64,000 nt of DNA from an uncultured Thermoleophilia bacterium (GTDB lineage Bacteria; Actinomycetota; Thermoleophilia; UBA2241): positions 256,001 through 320,000 of the forward strand of contig CAVPCT010000002.1 of NCBI GenBank assembly GCA_963702475.1, read 5' to 3'. The translations under genes and the position numbers were made by a program. Numbering within the stretch: the first letter of the stretch is position 1; each line of letters begins with the position of its first letter. The notes under the pieces were generated by a model that saw only the letters and a list, made by a program, of their open reading frames with translations, was not told where the DNA came from and did no database searches. This document shows positions 39,583-48,985 of this stretch, piece by piece.

Positions 39583-42500
39583 ATGACGGCGTCAACACAT
39601 CCAGCGCTCGAGGCCTTCACGCCCCAGGTACGTGAGTGGTTCGCGCGGGCCTTCGCCGATCCCACGCCCGCCCAGGTGCAGGCGTGGCCGGCGATCGCCT
39701 CGGGGCGGCATGCGCTCATCTCGGCGCCCACCGGCTCGGGCAAGACGCTCGCTGCCTTCCTCTGGGCTCTGGACCGCTTCGTCGCCGAGCCGCCGCCCGC
39801 CGATGCCAGGCAGCGGCGCACGCGGCTCGTCTACGTGTCGCCCCTCAAGGCGCTCGGCTACGACGTGGAGCGCAACCTGCGCGCGCCGCTCCGCGGCATC
39901 GGCGCCGACGTGCGCGTGGCCGTCCGCACCGGCGACACGCCGCAGCGCGAGCGCCGCGACATGCTCAAGACGCCGCCCGACATCCTCATCACCACGCCCG
40001 AGTCCCTGTACCTCATGCTCACCTCGCAGGCGCGCGAGCTCTTCGCGGGCACGGAGTGGGTCATCGTCGACGAGATCCACGCGGTTGCGCAGACGAAACG
40101 CGGGGCGCACCTCGCGCTCACGTTGGAGCGCCTGGCCCACCAGGCGGGGCGCGACGTGCAGCGCATCGGCCTGTCCGCCACCCAGCGGCCGCTTGACGAG
40201 GTGGCCCGCTTCCTCGCAGGGCCCCAGCGGGAATGCACGGTGGTCGACGCCGGCGTGCGCAAGCCGCTCGACTTGCGCATCCACGTGCCCGTGGAGTCCA
40301 TGGTCGAGCCCGGCGCTCCGCTGGACCTCGATGCGGTGCCCGGCGGCGAGGCCACCAGGCGCAGCATCTGGCCGGCTATTTACCCAGAGCTTCTGCGCCT
40401 GGTCCGGGCGCACCGTTCCACGCTCGTCTTCGTGAACGACCGGCGGGCGGCCGAGCGCATCGCCCTGCGGCTCAACGACCTGGCGGCGCGCGAGGGCGAG
40501 GGTGGGAGCGCGGGCGAGTGGGGCGGCGCGCCGGCCGGCCCCACGGCCGGGCCGGCCGGCGCGCCGCCCCGGGAGATCGCCCGCGCCCACCACGGTTCTC
40601 TCGCGCGCGAGGAGCGTCTCGTCATCGAGGAGCAGCTCAAGGCCGGGCAGCTGCCCTGCCTGGTGGCGACGTCTTCGCTCGAGCTGGGCATCGATATGGG
40701 CGCTCTCGACCTCGTCATCCAGGTGGAGTCCCCCAAGTCGGTCACCCGAGGTTTGCAGCGCATCGGCCGCGCCGGTCACGGCGTCGGCGAGGTGTCGCGC
40801 GGCCGCATCTTCCCGAAGTTCCGCGCCGACCTGCTCGAGTGCGCCGTGGTGGCACGGCGCATGCGCGAGGGTCTCATCGAGACGACGGTGGTGCCCCGCA
40901 ATCCTCTGGACGTGCTTGCCCAGCAGGTGGTCGCCATGGCCGCGAGCGCCGGCGACGAGGGCGTGGCGGTCGCCGACCTCCACGCCCTTGCCCGGCGCAC
41001 CTGGACGTACGCCGACCTCGAGCTGCGCCAGCTGGAGAACGTCCTCGACATGCTCGACGGCCGCTACCCGTCGCGCGAGTTCGCCGAGCTGCGGCCCCGC
41101 CTCGTGTGGGACCGCATCGCCGGCACCGTGCGCGCCCGCCCCGGGGCGCGGTCGCTCGCCGTCGCCAACGCCGGCACCATCCCGGACCGCGGGCTGTTCA
41201 GCGTCAATCTGCCTGACGGCCGCCGCGTGGGGGAGCTGGACGAGGAGATGGTGTACGAGGCGCGGGCGGGGCAGACCTTCTTGCTCGGGGCCACGTCCTG
41301 GCGCATCGAGCAGATCACGCGCGACAGGGTCGTGGTCACCCCGGCGCCGGGAGTGCCTGGGGCCGTGCCGTTCTGGCACGGCGAGAGCGTCGGCCGGCCG
41401 CGTGAGCTGGGCGAGGCCATCGGCGCGTTCACGCGCTGGGCCGTGCGCCAGGACGAGGCCACGCTGGGCCGCGAGTACGACCTCGACGAGCTGGCGGCGA
41501 GCAACTTGCTGGCCTTTCTCAAGGACCAGGAGGCGGCGACGGGCGTGGTGCCCTCCGACCGCACCCTGGTCGCGGAGCGCTTCCGTGACGAGATCGGCGA
41601 CTGGCGGTTGTGCCTGCTCTCGCCCTACGGCGGCCGGGTGCACGCCGCCTGGGCCCTGGCGCTCTCGGCGCGCATCCGCGACACCTTCGGCCTGGAGGCC
41701 GACGCCATCTGGTCGGACGACGGTGTCATCGTGCACCTGCCGGACGCGGACGATCCTCCGGGGGCCGAGCTCGTCCTCGTCGAGCCTGACGAGGCGGAGG
41801 AGCTCGTGGTCGCGGAGCTCGGGTCGAGCGCGCTCTTCGGCGCGCGCTTCCGCGAGAACGCGGCGCGCGCCTTGCTCATCCCGCGCGCCTACCCGGGACG
41901 CCGTACGCCGCTCTGGCAGCAGCGCCTCAAGGCGCAGTCGCTGTTGGAGGTCGCACGCCGCTACCCGCAGTTCCCCATCGTGCTCGAGACCTACCGTGAG
42001 TGCCTGCGCGACGTGCTCGACGTTCCGGGGCTCGTCGACGTGCTTCGCAAGGTCCACACGCGGGAACTCTCGCTCGTCGAGGTCGAGACCCAGACGGCGT
42101 CCCCGTTCGCCTCGTCGCTGCTCTTCGACTACGTGGCGACCTACATGTACGAGGGGGACACGCCGGCGGCCGAACGCCGCGCCGTCGCCCTGGCCCTGGA
42201 CCGCGACCTGCTTCGCGAGCTGCTTGGGCAGGAGGAGCTGCGCGACCTCATCGACCCCGGTGCCCTCGAGCAGGTGGAGGACGACCTGCAGCACCGCTCC
42301 GATCAGTCGCGCGCCCGCAGCGCCGACGCGCTGCACGACGTGCTCAGGCGCGTCGGCGACCTGACGGCAGCGGAGGGGGCCCAGCGGGCCGAGCCCGCGG
42401 ATGCGGCCGCCGCTTGGCTCGCGCGCCTCGAGGACGAGCGCCGCGCGGTGCGCGCTCGCGTCGGCGGGGAGGTACGCTGGTTCGCCGCCGAGGACGCCGG

Positions 42501-44076
42501 CCTGTACCGCGACGCCCTGGGCGTGGTGCCTCCGGCAGGGCTGCCCGAGGTGTTCCTCGAGGACGTCCCCGACGCCATGCTGCAGGTCGTGCGGCGCTTC
42601 GCACGCACGCACGGGCCGTTCGAGACCGGCGAGGTACAGGCCCGTTTCGGCCTCGACGTGAGCCCGGCGCTGGCGCAGCTGGAGCGCGCCGGTGAGCTGG
42701 TACGCGGGGAGCTGCGTCCGCTGGGCACGCAACGGGAGTGGTGCGACCCGGACGTGTTGCGCCGTCTGCGCAGGGCCTCGCTGGCCGTCCTGCGCAAGGA
42801 GATCGAACCAGTCGCCCAGGAGACGCTGGCGCGCTTCGCCCCCGCCTGGCAGGGCGTGGACCGCCATGCCCCGCCCGGCGCCGGCGTCGCGCGGTTGCGC
42901 GACGTGCTGGCGCCGCTCCAGGGCCTGCCGCTGGCGCCCGAGGTCTGGGAGAACGAGGTACTGCCGCGGCGGCTCGGCGCCTACTCGCAGTACTGGCTGG
43001 ACGAGCTCTGCGCCAACGGCGAGGTGGTCTGGGTCGGGGCGGGCTCGCTTGGCGGGCGTACGGGGCGCGTCGCCTTGTACTTCCGCGACGACGCGCCCCT
43101 GCTGGGGCCCCCGCCCGGCCCGCGTGAGGTCCCCGACCGCGACCTGCACGAGGCCCTGCGAGAGCGTCTCGGCCTCGGGGCCTGCTTCTTCACCGACCTG
43201 CTGCTGGAACACCCGGAGGCCGGCGCCGAGGAGCTGCGCCGCGCGTTGTGGGATCTCGTGTGGGCTGGCGAGGTGACCAACGACCAGTTCGCGCCGCTGC
43301 GCGCCGGGGCATCGGCGGCCGGCCGGAGCAGGACGCCTTCGTCCTCGCCGGTACCCGCGCACCCGCAGCTCCGTCCGGCCGCGGGCCGCTTCCGCCGCCG
43401 CGGCCGGGGCACGCCGCCCCTGCAGGGCCGCTGGTCGCTCACGCGACAGCTCTTCGGCCCCGATGTCGAGCCGGAGGCGCGCCGCCGCGCCTGGGCCGAG
43501 CTGCTCCTGGAGCGTTACGGCGTCATCACGCGCGAGCTGGTGCGTGCCGAGGGGTACCCGGGCGGATTCGCGGCGCTCTACCCGGCGCTCTCCGCCCTGG
43601 AGACCGTCGGCGCCGCGCGGCGGGGGTACTTCGTGGAGGGGCTCGGCGCCGCCCAGTTCGCCCTGCCCGGCGCCGTCGACCGGCTGCGGGCGCAGGAGGA
43701 GGTGCCGAACGAGGGCATGGTGCTCGCCGTTGCCGACCCGGCCCAGCTGTACGGCGCCGGGCTGCGCTGGCCCCACCCTGACGTGCGCCCGCCGGCCCGC
43801 CGCCCCGGCGCGCTGCTGGTCACCGTGGCAGGCCGCCCGGCGCTCTCCGTGCACCCGCGCGGTCACAGCCTGCGCGTGCAGGGCCGGCCGGACGACGTGC
43901 GGCCGGCCCTGCAGGCGCTCGCCGCGGCGGTCCTGGCCGGGGGACGTCTGCGCCGGCTCGTGGTGCACACCATCGACGGCGAGCCGGCGGTGGCCAGCCC
44001 GCTCGCCGGCCGCCTGGTCGCCCTGGGCTTCCGTCAGGAGCTCAACGAGTTCGCCCTGAGCGCCGGGGATGCCTGA
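39583..44076 (+). CDS. lhr: Lhr DEAD/DEAH helicase (full length with C-terminal domain)
   Basis: PTGSGKT, DEIH, SAT, HHGSL, QRIGRAGH, LLERYG. Confidence 0.95.
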   Translation: MTASTHPALEAFTPQVREWFARAFADPTPAQVQAWPAIASGRHALISAPTGSGKTLAAFLWALDRFVAEPPPADARQRRTRLVYVSPLKALGYDVERNLRAPLRGIGADVRVAVRTGDTPQRERRDMLKTPPDILITTPESLYLMLTSQARELFAGTEWVIVDEIHAVAQTKRGAHLALTLERLAHQAGRDVQRIGLSATQRPLDEVARFLAGPQRECTVVDAGVRKPLDLRIHVPVESMVEPGAPLDLDAVPGGEATRRSIWPAIYPELLRLVRAHRSTLVFVNDRRAAERIALRLNDLAAREGEGGSAGEWGGAPAGPTAGPAGAPPREIARAHHGSLAREERLVIEEQLKAGQLPCLVATSSLELGIDMGALDLVIQVESPKSVTRGLQRIGRAGHGVGEVSRGRIFPKFRADLLECAVVARRMREGLIETTVVPRNPLDVLAQQVVAMAASAGDEGVAVADLHALARRTWTYADLELRQLENVLDMLDGRYPSREFAELRPRLVWDRIAGTVRARPGARSLAVANAGTIPDRGLFSVNLPDGRRVGELDEEMVYEARAGQTFLLGATSWRIEQITRDRVVVTPAPGVPGAVPFWHGESVGRPRELGEAIGAFTRWAVRQDEATLGREYDLDELAASNLLAFLKDQEAATGVVPSDRTLVAERFRDEIGDWRLCLLSPYGGRVHAAWALALSARIRDTFGLEADAIWSDDGVIVHLPDADDPPGAELVLVEPDEAEELVVAELGSSALFGARFRENAARALLIPRAYPGRRTPLWQQRLKAQSLLEVARRYPQFPIVLETYRECLRDVLDVPGLVDVLRKVHTRELSLVEVETQTASPFASSLLFDYVATYMYEGDTPAAERRAVALALDRDLLRELLGQEELRDLIDPGALEQVEDDLQHRSDQSRARSADALHDVLRRVGDLTAAEGAQRAEPADAAAAWLARLEDERRAVRARVGGEVRWFAAEDAGLYRDALGVVPPAGLPEVFLEDVPDAMLQVVRRFARTHGPFETGEVQARFGLDVSPALAQLERAGELVRGELRPLGTQREWCDPDVLRRLRRASLAVLRKEIEPVAQETLARFAPAWQGVDRHAPPGAGVARLRDVLAPLQGLPLAPEVWENEVLPRRLGAYSQYWLDELCANGEVVWVGAGSLGGRTGRVALYFRDDAPLLGPPPGPREVPDRDLHEALRERLGLGACFFTDLLLEHPEAGAEELRRALWDLVWAGEVTNDQFAPLRAGASAAGRSRTPSSSPVPAHPQLRPAAGRFRRRGRGTPPLQGRWSLTRQLFGPDVEPEARRRAWAELLLERYGVITRELVRAEGYPGGFAALYPALSALETVGAARRGYFVEGLGAAQFALPGAVDRLRAQEEVPNEGMVLAVADPAQLYGAGLRWPHPDVRPPARRPGALLVTVAGRPALSVHPRGHSLRVQGRPDDVRPALQALAAAVLAGGRLRRLVVHTIDGEPAVASPLAGRLVALGFRQELNEFALSAGDA

Positions 44077-44314
44077 GGGCGACACCATCCACCACTCCGC
44101 CCGGCGCATCCGCGCCGGCTCGAGGGGCGCGTGCTCGACGTCGTCCTCACGCCGCACCCGCGGTTCGGCCGCGACCGCTGGCCCGAGCGTCTGACGGGCC
44201 GCGCGGTCGAGGCCATCGAGGCGCGGGAGCACCTGCTGCTGCGCCGGCCCTCATCCACGCCGCGGCCAGGCGGACGAAACCGCACCACGTAGTGGTGTCC
44301 GCGGGCCAGCCTGA
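44069..44314 (+). pseudogene. nei: Fpg/Nei DNA glycosylase remnant
   Basis: MPEGDTIHH..., frameshifted LEGRVL...IEAR-HLLLR, then directly the C-terminal finger remnant RTT*WCP. Confidence 0.8.
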
Positions 44315-44852
44315 GGCGCACCGGCCCGGCGACGCGTTCTGGCCGTCAGACCACCCGGACCGGCCTGAGCGCAGGCCCGGCGACAGCTCGGCCCGATGCG
44401 GCCCTGGCCGCACCCTCAAGGCCCCTCGCGACTGTGACGATAGGCAGGACTAACGGGGAGGTGACGTCGCAGGGTGGAGAAGTATCGGCAACGTGATAGA
44501 GTGCCCCGAACGCTCGCGCCCGCGGCGCGGATGTGCTTGCCTGCGCAAGTATTGCTGGCCGTGGTGCGATGTGTTTAGATGGGCGACGTCCGGGACAGTT
44601 GTCACGAGGAGGGTGCTTGTCTGGAACAAGGGCGTGGCCTGCTATGCCTGGAGGGGCTAAGTTCTTGGCTTCCCCCGGCGTTCCATGAAGGGAGAACCGC
44701 GGTCTCGTCGAAGGGCACATCTGCCGGCGAGGATCGCGGGCGCTTTTGGTCATTCTATCGCTGTGCACCTGCGGCGGTAGTTGAGATATAGTCAAGTGAA
44801 GCTCCAAGAAGTACTACGTACCAGGGCAACAAGAATCAGGAGGTCCAGAGTG

Positions 44853-46714
44853 ATGAGGAGTTCAGGGAGCAAGCGGTCTCTGCGGGTGGCATTCGCCGTG
44901 CTGCTCGTGCTGGCCGCGCTCGCCATCGCCGCCCCGGCGGCGCTCGCGCACGGCAGCATCGCAGGCACGGTGACGTCCGTCGCAGACGGCACCCCGCTCG
45001 AGAACATCAACGTCTACGCGTTCGACCCGGCGCTCGTCACCGGGCTCAGCCCCGCCCTCGTGCCGGATCTGAGCAAAGCCGCGGGTATGGGCGTCACCGA
45101 CGGCGCCGGTCAGTACGTCATCCTCGACCTGCCCGGCGGTCCCATCGCGAACCCGACCGAGTACCTGGTCTGGTTCCAGGACATGATCCCCTTCAACCAC
45201 TACGTGGCGCAGTGGTTCCTCGGCTGCTCGCCGTATGACCCGAACCGGCCCGCTCCGACGCTCGTCCCCGTGGTCGACAACGAGCGCACCCTCGGCATCG
45301 ACGACGCCCTCGTGGGCGCCTGCACGATCTCCGGCAACGTCGGCGGGATCCCCGGTATCGAGGTCTACGTGTGGACCCCGGAGATGGGCAGCTTCCAGGC
45401 GATTTCGCTGAGAACGTGATGGGCGGCGACGCCGTCCCCGACGCCGTCAGCGACATCAACGGTGACTACGCGGTCGAGGAGCTCAACCCGACCGGCGGCG
45501 CCGGCCCGGCTTCTTACGGCGTGCTGTTCTACGACCCCAGCGGCACCTACGCGCCGCAGTGGTGGGGTAACGGGCAGGCTCCGTGGTACTCCCCCGATCC
45601 GCTCACGCAGCCCTTCGGCACGGTCGACATGACCGCCAGCGTCGAGCAGCTCGATCTGGCCGGCACCATCGCCGGCTCCGTCGACGGCGACGTCGGCGAC
45701 ATGACCGAGTACGACCTCGAGGGCATCGAGGTCTCCGTCTTCGCGGCCTTCGGCGATGACTGGATGTTCATGGGCCAGGACGTGTCCGACAGCAACGGGC
45801 GCTTCTCCATCACCGGCCTGCCCGTGGGCACCTACTTCGTCCGCTTCACCGACCCCACGGGCGACTACTTCGACAAGTGGTTCGCCGAATGGTCCTACGC
45901 CGCCGCCGCCACCGGCAACCCGTGGACTGACGGCGCCGACCTCGTCGAGATCGACGACCCCGGCTACCAGGACAACGGCGTCTACGCGCTCATGAAGCCG
46001 ATCCCCTACATCGACTTCGTGCACCCGCCGTTCGGCGTGAACGACGGTCCTGACCGTTACGAGACCGAGCTCGCCTTCAGCGGCTGGGGCCTGAACTTCG
46101 TCGAGTTCGTCGATATCTGGAAGCCGGGCCTGCCGCCGTTCACCATCACCAAGCTGGGCTTCTGGTCCGACTCGACCTTCGCGGCCACCGGCGTCTACAA
46201 CCTGGCCGCGCCGCTGGCCCCGACCGGCACCTACGTCGTCTCCGCTTGGTACTACGACTACTACCTCGAGGACTGGACCTGGACCTACCTCTACAACTCC
46301 TTCCAGGTCGTGAACAGCTGGGTGCCGACCGTCCCGCCCACGCCGCCGTCGCCGACCACCCCGGTGCTCCCGGCTGAGCCCACGCCGATCGTCACCCCGC
46401 AGCCGCCCGCGCCGCAGCCCCCGGCTGCGCCGGTCGCCGGCCCCGTCATGGTGAGCGCCGAGAAGGCCGCCGTGAAGAAGGGCGCCATGGCCACCCTGCG
46501 CTTCCAGGTCAGCGAGCTCGTCCTGGGCGGCACTGCCGAGGTCAAGGTCGTCATCGCCAACAAGGCCGGCAAGGTCGTCAAGCAGGTCAAGAAGAGCGTC
46601 ACCATGAACGCTGCCGCGAGCGTCAGCTTCCGCTGCAAGCTCGCCAAGGGCAGCTACACCTACACCGTCAGCGCCGGTGCGGCGTCGGCGTCCAGCACCC
46701 TGGTCGTGAAGTAA
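44853..46714 (+). CDS. Secreted surface (S-layer-like) protein: carboxypeptidase-regulatory-like repeats, Pro/Thr linker, C-terminal Ig-like domain; -1 frameshift at ~45395
   Basis: Signal peptide (..ALA|H), GSIAGTV, GRFSITGLPVGTYFVRF; strong codon bias; junction ggc agc ttc ca ggc gat. Confidence 0.75.
44892..45263 (+). repeat. Direct repeat copy 1 (372 bp visible; partner 63629-64000)
   Basis: Identical except for 2 synonymous substitutions. Confidence 0.95.
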
Positions 46715-46770
46715 CACTCGCGACCGGAGGACCACGGGCTACGCGCCCTGGCGTGGTCCGTGAGCTACGA

Positions 46771-46810
46771 GCGGCGGGGCCGGCAGTGAAGCCGGCCCCG
46801 CCGCTTTCTT
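46771..46810 (+). terminator. Intrinsic terminator
   Basis: GCGGCGGGGCCGGC-AGTGAA-GCCGGCCCCGCCGC-TTTCTT. Confidence 0.85.
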
Positions 46811-46912
46811 GCGGGTGGTCATCACTCGTCACTGACGCTACTCTGGTCGCGCGGGCTGCTGCTTCTGCGGGCCCGCCGGCTTGAGGACAGTGAGAGCGAG
46901 CGGGGAGGGCTG

Positions 46913-48943
46913 GTGCGGTCAGGAGCGCGGGTCTTGCTGGGGCTGGTGGCGGTGGCCTTCGCCCTGCTGCTCCCGGCGGCCTGTTCCTGGGCGGCTTCGT
47001 CCGACGGTGGCAACGCTCCCCTGAACCCGCAGTTCCTGGCGTGGCGTGCCGACCGGCACGGCGCCGGCACAGCCGCCACCGCTGGTGCCCGCTTGGGCAT
47101 GGTGAGCGCCGGCCTCGCCGACCCCGGCTTGACGCCCAGCCCGGTGGACCCGGCGGTCTTCGCCGGCAGGGCCGTCGCGCCGAAGAGCGTGGCGTACCCG
47201 TCATCGTACGACCTTCGACGCCTGGGCCGGGTGAGCCCCGTGCGGGACCAGCTGCCGTTCGGCACCTGCTGGGCCTTCGCCGCCGTGTCGTCGCTCGAAT
47301 CGGCGATGCTGCCTGCGGACGCCCAGGACTTCTCCGAGGACAACGTGGTGCTCAACGCCGGCTTCGATACCGGCGTGGATTCGGCTTACGACCACGGCGG
47401 CACCTTCACCATGAGCACCGCCTACTTCGCCCGCTGGGCGGGCCCGGTTCTGGAGAGCCAGGACCCGTACGGGGACGGCTCCTCGCCGCCGGGCCTCTCC
47501 GCAGTGCGCCACGTCCAGGAGGTGCTCTACATCCCCGGCGGTGCGGGCGGGACGGACACCGCGAACATCAAGTACGCCCTCATGACGTACGGGGCGGTGG
47601 CGAGCGAGCTGAACATGGAACGGAAGTACCTCCGTGAGGCGAACTCGGCGTACTACTGCTACGGCGGAGACTACGTGAATCACGCCGTCGCGATCGTCGG
47701 CTGGGACGACGCGTACTCCGCGGCGAACTTCGCGGCAGCGCCGTCCGGCGACGGGGCCTGGCTGGCGAAGAACAACTGGGGTGCCGGCTGGGGGCAGGAC
47801 GGGTACTTCTGGATCTCCTACTACGACAAGTTCGCGGGGTCCTCCAAGGCGCTCAATTCGGTGTTCGGCAGCGTGCAGGGGACGGACACGTACACCGACA
47901 TCTACAGCCACGACGTCCTCGGGCAGGTGACCACGTATGGGCTGGGGCTCACCAAGATGTGGGGGGCCAATGCCTTCACCGCCCACGGAGAGCAGAGCAT
48001 CGTCGCGCTGGGCTTCTACACGCCCGTGCCGGGGTCGTCGTACACGCTCTACACCGGATCGGACCTGGAGACCCTGCATGAGCAGGGGACGGGACAGATC
48101 GGGCTGCCCGGCTATCACACCGTGCGTCTCAAGAGCGCCCTGAGCGTGCACGCGGGGCAGAGGTTCTTCGTAGCGGTGCGCCTGGTCACGCCGGGCACGG
48201 AGTATCCGCTGGCCGTCGAGCTGTACCAGCCCGACTACTCGACCAACGCGACGGCCCAAGTGAGCCAGAGCTATGTGCGGACCGACACCATGTCGTGGAC
48301 GGACCTCACCGACTGGAACGGCAGTGCCAACGTCTGCCTCAAAGCGTACGCCGGCACTCCTGACCCCCCCGCCCTCGAGGACACTACCGCGCCGCGCACG
48401 GACGTCGCCGGCGCCGACGATCTCTGGCACTCGGCCCCTGTCACGCTGACCTTCACCGCCAGCGACGGCGGCGCAGCCGTCAGCGGCATCGCGTACACCG
48501 AGTACCGGGTGGACGGCGGGGTGTGGGTGCGGGGCACGAGTGCGCGCGTCACCGCGGACGGTGTGCATACCGTGGCGTACCGCTCGGCGGACGCCGCCGG
48601 CAACGTGGAGGAGCCCAGGACCTGCACGGTCCGGGTCGACGCGACCGGGCCCGTATGCTCCGCCCGGCCGGTGACGGTGAGGAGGGGCGCCTCTGCCGCC
48701 GTCAAGTTCCTCGTGGACGACGGCCTGAGCCCGCAGGTGCGGTACTCGGTGACGGTCAAGTCCGCGAGCGGCGCCGTCAAGCGTGCGACGGGCACCTCCG
48801 CCTGGAAGGCTGACGGGGTGTGGCGCACGTGGGCGTTCCCGTGCACGCTCACGCGAGGCACGTACCAGGTCGTGGTGCGCGGGCGCGACCTGGCCGGCAA
48901 CGCACAATCGGTGATCGGGCGATCCGCCCTGCGCGTCCGCTGA
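46913..48943 (+). CDS. Secreted papain-family (C1A) cysteine peptidase + lectin-like + Ig domain + shared C-terminal domain
   Basis: DQLPFGTCWAF, NHAV, KNNWG, NVCLKAY; signal peptide. Confidence 0.9.
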   Translation: MRSGARVLLGLVAVAFALLLPAACSWAASSDGGNAPLNPQFLAWRADRHGAGTAATAGARLGMVSAGLADPGLTPSPVDPAVFAGRAVAPKSVAYPSSYDLRRLGRVSPVRDQLPFGTCWAFAAVSSLESAMLPADAQDFSEDNVVLNAGFDTGVDSAYDHGGTFTMSTAYFARWAGPVLESQDPYGDGSSPPGLSAVRHVQEVLYIPGGAGGTDTANIKYALMTYGAVASELNMERKYLREANSAYYCYGGDYVNHAVAIVGWDDAYSAANFAAAPSGDGAWLAKNNWGAGWGQDGYFWISYYDKFAGSSKALNSVFGSVQGTDTYTDIYSHDVLGQVTTYGLGLTKMWGANAFTAHGEQSIVALGFYTPVPGSSYTLYTGSDLETLHEQGTGQIGLPGYHTVRLKSALSVHAGQRFFVAVRLVTPGTEYPLAVELYQPDYSTNATAQVSQSYVRTDTMSWTDLTDWNGSANVCLKAYAGTPDPPALEDTTAPRTDVAGADDLWHSAPVTLTFTASDGGAAVSGIAYTEYRVDGGVWVRGTSARVTADGVHTVAYRSADAAGNVEEPRTCTVRVDATGPVCSARPVTVRRGASAAVKFLVDDGLSPQVRYSVTVKSASGAVKRATGTSAWKADGVWRTWAFPCTLTRGTYQVVVRGRDLAGNAQSVIGRSALRVR

Positions 48944-48985
48944 CCAGGCGTGAGCGGGTGCCCGCAGACTGAGGAAGGAGCGACC

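Noticed and set aside
39592-44232. Very long antisense/alternate-frame ORFs (e.g. 39592-44232, 33950-36436, 25665-28184, 51096-53492)
   Set aside because: Shadows of real genes in high-GC DNA; no recognisable motifs.
10615-45400. Single-base frameshifts in gnd (~10619), UPF0182 (~16753) and the S-layer-like gene (~45395) as programmed frameshifting or phase variation
   Set aside because: No slippery heptamers or long homopolymers; genes otherwise intact. Most likely long-read indel errors; raw reads are needed to confirm.
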